Assembly (NCBI GenBank): GCA_958267355.1
Contig: OY279575.1
Location: 1,132,018 to 1,196,017 of the forward strand
From: an uncultured Alphaproteobacteria bacterium
Lineage (GTDB): Bacteria; Pseudomonadota; Alphaproteobacteria; JALCBB01
DNA: 64,000 nucleotides
Direction: 5' to 3'
Shown: positions 18,931 through 27,526 of the stretch, piece after piece
Position numbering within the stretch: position 1 is the stretch's first letter
How the letters are laid out: each line of letters opens with the position of its first letter
Notes under the pieces: generated by a model
Told to the model about the DNA's origin: nothing
Databases searched by the model: none
The model's input: only the letters and a program-made list of their open reading frames with translations
Program-made: the position numbers and the translations under genes

Positions 18931-20733
18931 TTAATAGGTACGGGCTTTGAGGGGAATCTGTTCAGCGGGCTCGCTAAGCAAACCTTCCACAGCGGACGAA
19001 TTTGGCTCTAAGGCGACGGGGCGTTTGGCAAAGCGCGACTCCCACTTGCCGTCTAGCCACACCAGCGTGTGGGCAAGCCAGTTTTCATCGTCTCTATCAG
19101 GATAATCTTCACGCGAATGGGCTCCACGCGATTCCGTGCGCCAGTGCGCAGAAGTAATTGTCGCTAGGGCTTGTCCCATCAGGTTTTGGAGCTCAAAAGT
19201 TTCCATTAAGTCTGAATTCCAAATCAGCGACTTGTCAGCAACGCTGACATCTTTCAAGCCATCTTGGGCGAGTTGCGTAACCTGTTTGACTCCTTCTTCT
19301 AATACTTCTCCCGTGCGGAATACCGCCGCATGATCCTGCATAGATTTCTGCATCTGCAAACGCAACTCCGATGTAGAAACTCCGCCACTCGCGTGACGGG
19401 TTTCATCAAACCGCGACAAGGCAAATTCTTCACTCGCCTTTGACGGATTGGGTGCAGACGCAGGCTTACCTAAGACCGCCGCACACCGTTTGCCCGCCGC
19501 CCGACCAAAGACCACCAAGTCCAAAAGCGAGTTAGACCCCAAGCGATTGGCTCCATGAACCGAAACGCAAGCCGCTTCGCCAACAGACATTAAGCCTTCA
19601 CGCAAAGCCCCTTGTTCATCATCCAAGACTTCGCCGTGAATGTTGGTCGGAATCCCCCCCATATTGTAATGACAAGTCGGAATAATCGGTATCGGCTCTT
19701 TTGTGATATCCACACCCGCGAAAATTCGTGCCGTTTCTTCAATACCTGGCAAACGCTCGTGAATCACCGAAGCGTCTAAGTGCTCCATATGCAAGTCGGC
19801 GCAATCTTTGTTCTTGCCTGTGCCGCGTCCTGCCCGCACTTCTAAAGTAATGGAGCGACTCACCACATCACGCGAAGCCAAATCCTTCGCGTTCGGAGCA
19901 TAATCAGGCATAAAGCGTTTGCCTTCTGAGTTGGTTAAATATCCACCTTCGCCACGCGCACCTTCGGTGATTAAGCACCCGACTCCGTAAATACCCGTTG
20001 GATGAAACTGCACGAATTCCATATCTTGCAAAGGTACACCGAGCCGTTGCGCCATACCTGCTCCATCGCCCGTGCAGGAATGCGCCGAGGTACAAGAAAA
20101 ATAAATCCGCCCGTAGCCCCCCGTAGCCAAGATTACCCGCCTGCCACGGAAACGATGCAAAGTCCCATCGTCTAAGTTCCAAGCCAAAACCCCAACAACG
20201 GCTCCGCTTTCATCACAAAGCAAATCGGTAGCGAAGTACTCAACAAAAAACTCCGTGCCGTGGGCAAGACACTGCTGATAGAGCGCATGCAGAATTGCGT
20301 GTCCTGTTCTATCTGCTGCGGCACAAGTGCGCTGGGCTGTGCCTTTACCGAACTCGGTGGTCATTCCACCAAACGGACGCTGATAAATCTTGCCTTCTTC
20401 AGTCCGCGAGAAAGGCACGCCGTAATGCTCCAGCTCTATAACCGCCCGCGGAGCTTCGTGCGTCATATAGGCAATTGCATCTTGGTCTCCGAGCCAGTCG
20501 CTACCCTTGACCGTGTCGTACATATGCCACCGCCAATCGTCGGCTCCCATATTGGCGAGTGCTGCTGATATTCCGCCCTGTGCCGCCACCGTATGCGAAC
20601 GCGTCGGGAAAAGCTTTGACACACAAGCCACACGCAATCCTGCTACTGAAAGCTCTAGGGTTGCGCGTAGGCCTGCACCGCCGGCTCCGACGATGACAAC
20701 ATCGCTTTCGTGGTCAATGATTTCGTACGACAT
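18931..20733 (-). CDS. sdhA: Succinate dehydrogenase flavoprotein
   Basis: [29 protein letters not shown]; start could be 20748. Confidence 0.97.
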   Translation of the reverse strand: MSYEIIDHESDVVIVGAGGAGLRATLELSVAGLRVACVSKLFPTRSHTVAAQGGISAALANMGADDWRWHMYDTVKGSDWLGDQDAIAYMTHEAPRAVIELEHYGVPFSRTEEGKIYQRPFGGMTTEFGKGTAQRTCAAADRTGHAILHALYQQCLAHGTEFFVEYFATDLLCDESGAVVGVLAWNLDDGTLHRFRGRRVILATGGYGRIYFSCTSAHSCTGDGAGMAQRLGVPLQDMEFVQFHPTGIYGVGCLITEGARGEGGYLTNSEGKRFMPDYAPNAKDLASRDVVSRSITLEVRAGRGTGKNKDCADLHMEHLDASVIHERLPGIEETARIFAGVDITKEPIPIIPTCHYNMGGIPTNIHGEVLDDEQGALREGLMSVGEAACVSVHGANRLGSNSLLDLVVFGRAAGKRCAAVLGKPASAPNPSKASEEFALSRFDETRHASGGVSTSELRLQMQKSMQDHAAVFRTGEVLEEGVKQVTQLAQDGLKDVSVADKSLIWNSDLMETFELQNLMGQALATITSAHWRTESRGAHSREDYPDRDDENWLAHTLVWLDGKWESRFAKRPVALEPNSSAVEGLLSEPAEQIPLKARTY

Positions 20734-20744
20734 AGGATATGCTC

Positions 20745-21104
20745 TCAACCGCGAGCGAGTAGAAACAGCCCGACCAACCCAAAGCCCAAGGAAAGCCCCA
20801 GCACAAAGTAGATTACATTCTTCACCACACTACGGCGGGCAGGATTGTGAATGTAATCGGTAAGAATTTCTGTGGCTCCTAAAGCGGCGTGCCAGTAGGC
20901 GACAAGGAAGAAAGTCGAAAACAACACCAGCGACAGCGGATTATCCGCCCAACGCACGACTTCTTCGCGCGAGCTACGAAACAGATTGATTGAAGCCGCA
21001 ACAAACCAGACTCCCAACGGAGTCAAAAGCACAGCCGTAACTCTTTGTGCCGCCCAATGGCGAGTCGTGCCACGATGCAAAGCAAAAAGTGCGAGCGGTT
21101 TCAT
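20745..21104 (-). CDS. sdhD: Succinate dehydrogenase membrane anchor
   Basis: HW..QRVTA, H..LG...ILTDY; AGGAG RBS; operon position. Confidence 0.9.
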   Translation of the reverse strand: MKPLALFALHRGTTRHWAAQRVTAVLLTPLGVWFVAASINLFRSSREEVVRWADNPLSLVLFSTFFLVAYWHAALGATEILTDYIHNPARRSVVKNVIYFVLGLSLGFGLVGLFLLARG

Positions 21105-21115
21105 GGTTGCGCTCC

Positions 21116-21508
21116 TTAGGTTCCGACCCACACGGCAAGGGTGAGTAGCAGAGTTAAAACAATAACGATATATCCCGAGCGATAGACCTGCGGAAGCTCT
21201 AAGCCGAGATTAAAGTCCCACAGCAGATGGCGCACGCCGTTGAGCAGGTGGTAGAAGAAAGCGGCGGTGAATCCGATTTGCACCAGCTTGCCGAACCACG
21301 AGAAGAAGATAATTTTTACCAGTGCGCTTGCCTGTGCGTTTTGTCCGAGGAAGAAGAGCCAGAAAGACAGCGCGACGAGTCCGATGATTAGCGCGACTCC
21401 TGACAGGCGGTGGGCGATGGACAGCAACGAAGTCAGCTGCCAGCGATAGGCACTCAGGTGCGGCGAAAGCGGACGATCAGCCTGCGGCGTATTGTCGGAA
21501 GAAGTCAT
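21116..21508 (-). CDS. sdhC: Succinate dehydrogenase cytochrome b556
   Basis: RPLSPHL, SIAHRLSG, HLLNGVRHLLWD. Confidence 0.95.
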   Translation of the reverse strand: MTSSDNTPQADRPLSPHLSAYRWQLTSLLSIAHRLSGVALIIGLVALSFWLFFLGQNAQASALVKIIFFSWFGKLVQIGFTAAFFYHLLNGVRHLLWDFNLGLELPQVYRSGYIVIVLTLLLTLAVWVGT

Positions 21509-21603
21509 TGGCAGTGCGGACTAGCTTCCCTATGGTAGGGGTAGGGGGCATAAAGTGCAAAGCCTGTCTTGTAGGCTTCACTGGCAGGCTTCAGGGGCGG
21601 GCT

Positions 21604-22887
21604 TCAGGGACTTGCGCGTCTTGCTTGGTCTTGCACGGAAAGAGCCAACCAGGCGGCGACAGCGGTAATGGCGGGAAAGGCGTAGATTCCAGGCACGAGC
21701 AGGGGGTTTGCGGCTACAAGGTCAAGCCAGAAGTTGGCGCAAAGCACCAGCACGATGGCGGCGGAGAAGGCAAGCGAGAGCCTACGGCGGCGGCTTGCGG
21801 GGGTATGGACTAAGATTGCGGCAAGGGCGAGCAGAGCCAAGGCGGGAGGCCATAAGGGCAAGGCGATTCTGCGGTGTGCTTCGGCTAGGAATTCGCCTTT
21901 TCGTTCGGCGTAATTTTGGCTGTAATTTTGCGCGTAGTTTTGCGGCAGGGTTGCGGACAGGTTTGTCTGCCCTTCGCTTGGGTCAGATCTGTTGGCGCGG
22001 ATTCCTGTACTTGGCGGATGATCTGCACTGGCTAGATTAAACAGCTCATTCAAGGAAAGTTCTACGCGATGCACACGCCTTGGAGACTCAGGCGGTCTTT
22101 CAAGTACTAGGCTATGGCGGTCAAACTGCAACCAATAGGCGGAAGAATTTTCTGCCTTGTTTATTTCTGGGTTTGTTTCTGGGTTTATTTCTGGGTTTAT
22201 TTCTGGGTTTATTTCTGAATTTGTTTCTTGTTCTGGTTCTGCTTCTGTGTGTAGTTCGTGGCGCACACCTTCGGCGAGTAGCAGGCGAAAGCCATCTTCG
22301 TGAATGGAAAGCCTGCCACTACGGGCATATAAAATGCTTGTGCGGGTTGGTTCGCGATGGTCATAGATCATTAAGTTGCGCAGGTCTCCGTTGGGTGCGC
22401 GTTTTTCCATCCACAGGATTACGCCGTCGGTTAGGGTGATGAATTGTTCGGCTTGCAGTACGGTTGAGAAAAGTTCTGTTGAACGGGCTTCGCGTAGGTC
22501 CATAAACCGCTTAAACGCCAAGGGAGCAACCAGCATTGTATTTAGCACCAAAAAGCATGAGACGACTCCTGCGACTGCTAAAATCGGTATGGCGATTTTG
22601 CGTTTTGACATACCTAGAGCTTGGGCGGCGATGATTTCGCTATCGTCTTCTAGGTTTACAAAGGCTGAGACGACAGCCAGAAACAACGCTAAGGGCAGGA
22701 ACACATCTACGTACCGCCAAATCAGCAAGAACAGGAGCCACAAAACCGTCAGAGCTGACCAACTGCGTTCTAGTGAAGTTTCGGCAAACCGCGGAGCCTG
22801 AACCAACCAGAAAAGCATCAGAAACGCGGGCGCGATAACGATGAAGTTAAGCGCGACATGGCGCAGGAAGTGGCGGCTTAAGGTCAT
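21604..22887 (-). CDS. lptF: LptF/LptG-family LPS export permease
   Basis: 3 N-terminal TMs, DSEIIAAQALGMS, periplasmic beta region, EAHRRIALP, 3 C-terminal TMs. Confidence 0.8.
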   Translation of the reverse strand: MTLSRHFLRHVALNFIVIAPAFLMLFWLVQAPRFAETSLERSWSALTVLWLLFLLIWRYVDVFLPLALFLAVVSAFVNLEDDSEIIAAQALGMSKRKIAIPILAVAGVVSCFLVLNTMLVAPLAFKRFMDLREARSTELFSTVLQAEQFITLTDGVILWMEKRAPNGDLRNLMIYDHREPTRTSILYARSGRLSIHEDGFRLLLAEGVRHELHTEAEPEQETNSEINPEINPEINPETNPEINKAENSSAYWLQFDRHSLVLERPPESPRRVHRVELSLNELFNLASADHPPSTGIRANRSDPSEGQTNLSATLPQNYAQNYSQNYAERKGEFLAEAHRRIALPLWPPALALLALAAILVHTPASRRRRLSLAFSAAIVLVLCANFWLDLVAANPLLVPGIYAFPAITAVAAWLALSVQDQARRASP

Positions 22888-22919
22888 CGTGGTGGCGGGG
22901 TTAGCAAAGCCATAGAAGG

Positions 22920-23101
22920 GATGCAGATGGGCAGGGTGCAGATAGGCGGGGTATAGATAGGCGGGGTATAGACAGGCGGCGTGCAGATAAGCAAGGTGCA
23001 GGTAGGCAGGGTACAGGTAAGCAAGGTGCAGGTAGGCAGGGTATAGATAAGCAAGGTGTAGGCAGGGTACAGATAAGCAAGGTGCAGGTAGGCAAGGTGT
23101 A
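22920..23101. repeat. Degenerate ~15-bp tandem array (GCAGRTARGCARGGT-like), about 12 units
   Basis: Visible in lptF-trxB divergent intergenic region. Confidence 0.9.
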
Positions 23102-23305
23102 GTTGGGCGGGATTTAGGTGGCGGCTAGGCGGAGTGTAAATGAGCCAAGTTTTACGCAGCTTTATCGGAGCGGGCTAGCGTGAATTATGGCTGGACGGAG
23201 CGAAAAATGCTAATTTAGATTTGTCTGCGGGGGGTTTTGCGTATATCGGAGGGTTACCCTCCCCTATGATGCCGAGTTAGAGAGCCTGAAGCCTCCTGAA
23301 GCCAT

Positions 23306-24253
23306 ATGAAATGCGAAATTTTGATACTGGGCTCTGGTCCTGCGGGCTGGACAGCTGCTCTCTATGCGGCGCGGGCTAATCGTCGTCCTGTTGTGGTGCG
23401 CGGGCTTCAGCCTGGCGGACAGCTTTCCATCACGACCGATGTGGAAAACTATCCAGGCTTTGCCGAAGTGATTCAAGGCCCATGGCTAATGGAGCAAATG
23501 GAAGCCCAAGCCCGCACGGCAGGCACCGAAGTCATAGACGATTTGATAACCGAAGTGCGTTTAGAGCAGGGGACTCCGTTTGTCTGTGTCGGTGATGGCG
23601 GGGCGGAGTACTACGGCGAAACGCTTATCATCGCCACAGGAGCGCAAGCCCGTTGGCTCGGCTTGGAGAGTGAAACAAAGTTTCGCGGACACGGTGTGTC
23701 CGCCTGTGCGACCTGCGATGGATTTTTCTTTCGCGGCATGGAAGTAGCTGTCGTGGGCGGCGGCAACACGGCGGCGGAAGAAGCTTTATTTTTGACTAAC
23801 TTTGCCAGTCGGGTGCATTTGGTGCATCGGCGTGATGTGATGCGGGCGGAAAAGGTTTTGCAGGATCGGGTTTTGCGTAACGAGAAAATTGTTCCGCATT
23901 GGAATCGTGAAGTGGCTGAAGTGCTAGGAGATAACGAGCCGCTTGGAGTTACGGCTATTCGGCTTCGGGCGACTGGTGATGGAGCAAATGGAGCGGCAGA
24001 TGAAACCTTGCCTGTTGCGGGGGTATTTATTGCGATTGGACATGATCCTGCCACGGGTTTGTTTAAGGGCAAGTTAAAAATGGATGCACACGGCTATATT
24101 CAAACGGCTCCTGACTCTACGGCGACGGAAATTCGCGGAGTCTATGCTGCGGGTGATGTGCGTGATGCGGTCTATCGGCAGGCGGTAACGGCGGCGGGAA
24201 TGGGCTGTATGGCAGCTCTGGAAGCCGAGCGGTTTCTTGCCGAGCGAGAATAG
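23306..24253 (+). CDS. trxB: Thioredoxin reductase
   Basis: GSGPAG, CATC, GGGNTA, AAGDV. Confidence 0.97.
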   Translation: MKCEILILGSGPAGWTAALYAARANRRPVVVRGLQPGGQLSITTDVENYPGFAEVIQGPWLMEQMEAQARTAGTEVIDDLITEVRLEQGTPFVCVGDGGAEYYGETLIIATGAQARWLGLESETKFRGHGVSACATCDGFFFRGMEVAVVGGGNTAAEEALFLTNFASRVHLVHRRDVMRAEKVLQDRVLRNEKIVPHWNREVAEVLGDNEPLGVTAIRLRATGDGANGAADETLPVAGVFIAIGHDPATGLFKGKLKMDAHGYIQTAPDSTATEIRGVYAAGDVRDAVYRQAVTAAGMGCMAALEAERFLAERE

Positions 24254-24254
24254 G

Positions 24255-24409
24255 GCAAGGCTAAAGCACGGGGCTACGGGGCAAGGTTAAAGCACAGGAC
24301 TACGGCACAGGGTTAAAGCGCAAGGCTACGGATACGATTACGGCACGGGGCTAAGGATACGATTGCGGCACAAGAGTACAAGACAAGGTTAAAGCGCAGG
24401 AGTAAAGCA
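24255..24409. repeat. Degenerate composite repeats (AAGGTTAAAGCRCA / CTACGG / GGATACGATT)
   Basis: Visible in trxB-LysR spacer. Confidence 0.8.
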
Positions 24410-24410
24410 A

Positions 24411-25307
24411 ATGGATTGGGACAAGCTACGCGGCTTTCACACAGTCGCAGAACACCTAAACATGGCACACGCCAGCCGTGTGCTGGATATTTCGCCCAGT
24501 GCGATTAGCCGCCAGATTTCTTCTTTGGAAAGCGATTTGGGGTGCAAGCTGTTTCACCGTCATGCGCGGGGTTTGTCGCTGACCGAGCAGGGGAACTTAA
24601 TGTATCAGGCGGTGCACGAAATGGTGAACCGCTTCGCCCAAGTGGAAGCCCAAGTCGGAGAGTCACGCACCGAACCCAAGGGCTTGGTGCGGATTGTTGC
24701 AGGTACTTCTTTGGGGGGTGATTGGGTGGCTCCGCGTTTGGCGGCTTTTTTGGATACCTATCCTGAAATTCGTGCGGAACTTGCTTTGCGTGAAGATATT
24801 GTTTTGGAAGATGGCGCACACGATATAGCAATCGTCTATGAACGCCCACACGAAGCGCACTTGGTCTTCCGCCACCTGATGGAGTTCAGTATCTGCGCCT
24901 ATGCATCTCCTGAATACTTGGCAAAATACGGAGTGCCAAGCACTCCCGACGACTTAGACAATCACCGCATTATTAGCCACCACGGTTTGAGTCCCTTTCC
25001 GGGGATTGATTGGCTTTTGAAAATCGGACGTGACAATCACCGTCCGCGTCAGCCAACCGTGCGTATGGATAACACCTTCGCCATGCGTCGTGCCGCCAGC
25101 ACCAGTGCGGGGCTTGCGCCAATTCCGCACTTTATGGCAGAAGCCCGCTCTGACCTTGTCCGCGTCTTGAGCGACTATGAAGCTCCGCGCCTTGATGTTT
25201 GGCTTGTCTATCCTGAAGCCTTGCGTAAAAATCGCCGTATAGAAGTTTTGATTGAATATTTGGTGGCTGAGGCAAAGCGCGATTGTCTGACACTAGAAGC
25301 GGCGTAA
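24411..25307 (+). CDS. LysR-family regulator, LsrB/VtlR-like
   Basis: MDWDKLR start, SAISRQI..LE..LG..LF.R..RG..LT HTH; downstream of trxB as for LsrB/VtlR. Confidence 0.88.
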   Translation: MDWDKLRGFHTVAEHLNMAHASRVLDISPSAISRQISSLESDLGCKLFHRHARGLSLTEQGNLMYQAVHEMVNRFAQVEAQVGESRTEPKGLVRIVAGTSLGGDWVAPRLAAFLDTYPEIRAELALREDIVLEDGAHDIAIVYERPHEAHLVFRHLMEFSICAYASPEYLAKYGVPSTPDDLDNHRIISHHGLSPFPGIDWLLKIGRDNHRPRQPTVRMDNTFAMRRAASTSAGLAPIPHFMAEARSDLVRVLSDYEAPRLDVWLVYPEALRKNRRIEVLIEYLVAEAKRDCLTLEAA

Positions 25308-25365
25308 GCCTGCGACTAGACGAATACGCCCACAAGCAAACGATTAAGCCTACGGTTAGACGATT

Positions 25366-26040
25366 ATGAAACGCGGCTTTATGAAACGTGGCGGGGCGAT
25401 ACTGCTCTTGGTGCTTGGCGTGGCGGGCTATGTGCCGCCTGTATCTGCCGCTACCAACGAAACGCCAACGGCAAACGCCGAAGCCTTAGCACAGGAAAAT
25501 GCATCTTTCCGCCGTGCCTTAGATTGGCTGAGTGGAATTAACAATATGTCAGGCGAGTTTTTTCAAATCTCGTCCGATGGTACGCAAGACGCAGGACGAA
25601 TTGTACTGTTGCGTCCGAACCGCGTGCGGCTTGATTATGTTTCGCAACCGATTATCTTGCTTGCCGATGGAATCAACTGGGTTTTGTATGATCGCAAGCA
25701 ACAGACCAAAGGCGAAGTGCTTTTGTCTTCTTCGCCTCTTAGCTTTTTGTTGGCAAACGAGCCAGACCTATCGCGGATTTATATTTCAGCCATCGCCGAT
25801 GAAAGCGCATTCCTAGAAATCACTATGAGCGACTCCAAGCACCCCGAAGCAGGGACTCTTACACTAGAATTCACGCAAGCCCCCTTCGCCCTACACGGCT
25901 GGCGGATACGCGATGCCCAAGGTACCCATACCCGTATTACTTTGGTGAATCCGCGTTGGAACCTAGAAGACGATCTAGCCCCCAAACGCTCTGTATTCCG
26001 CAATGACCAGTTTAAGGTTAAGACTACCCCTGAGCGTTAG
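25366..26040 (+). CDS. lolA: Outer-membrane lipoprotein carrier LolA
   Basis: Signal peptide, F.Q...G...L.RP..R.DY, L..W.I.DAQG..T; alternative ATG at 25381. Confidence 0.82.
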   Translation: MKRGFMKRGGAILLLVLGVAGYVPPVSAATNETPTANAEALAQENASFRRALDWLSGINNMSGEFFQISSDGTQDAGRIVLLRPNRVRLDYVSQPIILLADGINWVLYDRKQQTKGEVLLSSSPLSFLLANEPDLSRIYISAIADESAFLEITMSDSKHPEAGTLTLEFTQAPFALHGWRIRDAQGTHTRITLVNPRWNLEDDLAPKRSVFRNDQFKVKTTPER

Positions 26041-26824
26041 GGCTTCGCAGACTAACCTGCCCTTTGTCTTTGTAGCCTGCCTTTAAGAATGGGCGGGCAA
26101 GGAGCAGTAAAAAGCTTCTATCCCCTGACACGCCTACGACACCGATTGGCATATCGGCAAACCGCTCCGAGTCGGTAGTCGTAGAAAAAAGTTTATCCCA
26201 AAACGAAAAAATCGTGCCGTAGCGCGAGTCGGTATCACTCCGCACGGCATGGTGATGCACCCAGTGAATGGAAGGCGTAATAATCACCTTTGACAAAATA
26301 GCTTCCAAACGCGGCGGCAAACGCAGATTAGAGTGATGAAAAATTGCCGCCAACAAAACCAAAGTCTCAAAGATAACCACCGAAGCCAACGGCACAGCCA
26401 AAAGAAAAATAAACGCTCCACGGACAAACGCCGACAAAGCCACTTCGCCAAAATGAAAGCGCAAAGCCGTGGTTACATCCAGCGTTTCGTCTAGGTGATG
26501 AACTTCGTGAAAACGCCACAGAAACGGCACTTCGTGATTGGCACGATGCCACGCCCAAATCCACAGATCTAAGATGATTAAATCCACTGCTAACGCCCAG
26601 CCGCCTGAAAAGAAGTCAGGTCTCCACGCCAAGGAATGCATCGCCGCAAAGATCGTAACAGGCAAAACCAACAGAGGCGAAAGTAACACCGTGCCAAGCC
26701 ACAAACCCAGATTGCGTAGCATACGGCGGGCGGGCAAAGCAGGAGACGCAGGGGCAAGCCGCTCGGCAAGTGCCAAGCTGACAAACCACAAAGGCACCAG
26801 AAGAACTTTGAAGAGAAGAAACAT
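26024..26824 (-). CDS. Sterol desaturase/fatty acid hydroxylase family protein
   Basis: His boxes HRANH, HEVHH, HWVHH; WDKLF. Confidence 0.88.
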   Translation of the reverse strand: MFLLFKVLLVPLWFVSLALAERLAPASPALPARRMLRNLGLWLGTVLLSPLLVLPVTIFAAMHSLAWRPDFFSGGWALAVDLIILDLWIWAWHRANHEVPFLWRFHEVHHLDETLDVTTALRFHFGEVALSAFVRGAFIFLLAVPLASVVIFETLVLLAAIFHHSNLRLPPRLEAILSKVIITPSIHWVHHHAVRSDTDSRYGTIFSFWDKLFSTTTDSERFADMPIGVVGVSGDRSFLLLLARPFLKAGYKDKGQVSLRSPNAQG

Positions 26825-26863
26825 CTTGTGTGCGAACTAGACACACGCGCAAGCACGACTTGC

Positions 26864-27508
26864 CTAATCAATTACCACTCCGTAGGGACGAGCGGTTTCG
26901 CGAACCAGATTCAAGAACCAGCGGGCGTAAGAACGGCGCATAATACACCGCCACGGCAAATCAGAGTCTTCGCTGTGGTGCAAGACCGCAGGGATTTGCG
27001 CCACCACTGTTCCCGTTGCTGTGCCGACGGGCAAGCTGTCAAAATCCAGCGGACAAAACTGCGCCATCACAGTTGTGAATTCAGCTCCGCCAAGTGCGAC
27101 TAGTACCCGCTCGTTGGAAAGATCGGTAGCTTGTCCGTGCGCCCCCGCCGATAGAGCCGCTTCGCACTGGGCTTCTAGGGCTTCGCCTGTGGCACCGATT
27201 CCCTGCCCCGTGGCTTGCCCCGTATCTTGCCCTGTGGCTTGCCCCGTATCCTGTATGGGGGCTTGCACCAGTAGCGCACTATCAGGACCTATCCGCAGAA
27301 AGCCTGTATTGCCTCCCTGAGCCGATTCGGTGACGGGGGGCAGTGATACACCCACAGCTTCGGCAAACTGCTCCAGAACGGCTTCTGAGCCGCGTACAGA
27401 CACCACCACCGCAGGCCACAGGGTCTGCGCCCGAAACCCCGCCTGTCCGCCCACCAGATGACTATGGGCAGTGTCAGCAAAAGGAGTCGCCGCTTGGTAG
27501 GTCTTCAT
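26864..27508 (-). CDS. soxG: Sarcosine oxidase gamma subunit
   Basis: IGPD, CPLDF, RRSYA; last gene of sox operon. Confidence 0.8.
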   Translation of the reverse strand: MKTYQAATPFADTAHSHLVGGQAGFRAQTLWPAVVVSVRGSEAVLEQFAEAVGVSLPPVTESAQGGNTGFLRIGPDSALLVQAPIQDTGQATGQDTGQATGQGIGATGEALEAQCEAALSAGAHGQATDLSNERVLVALGGAEFTTVMAQFCPLDFDSLPVGTATGTVVAQIPAVLHHSEDSDLPWRCIMRRSYARWFLNLVRETARPYGVVID

Positions 27509-27526
27509 GGCTCGTATCCCCTGTCT

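Noticed and set aside
22901-23095. Cys/Pro-rich 64-aa ORF
   Set aside because: By-product of a 15-bp repeat lacking stops; no RBS or ATG start
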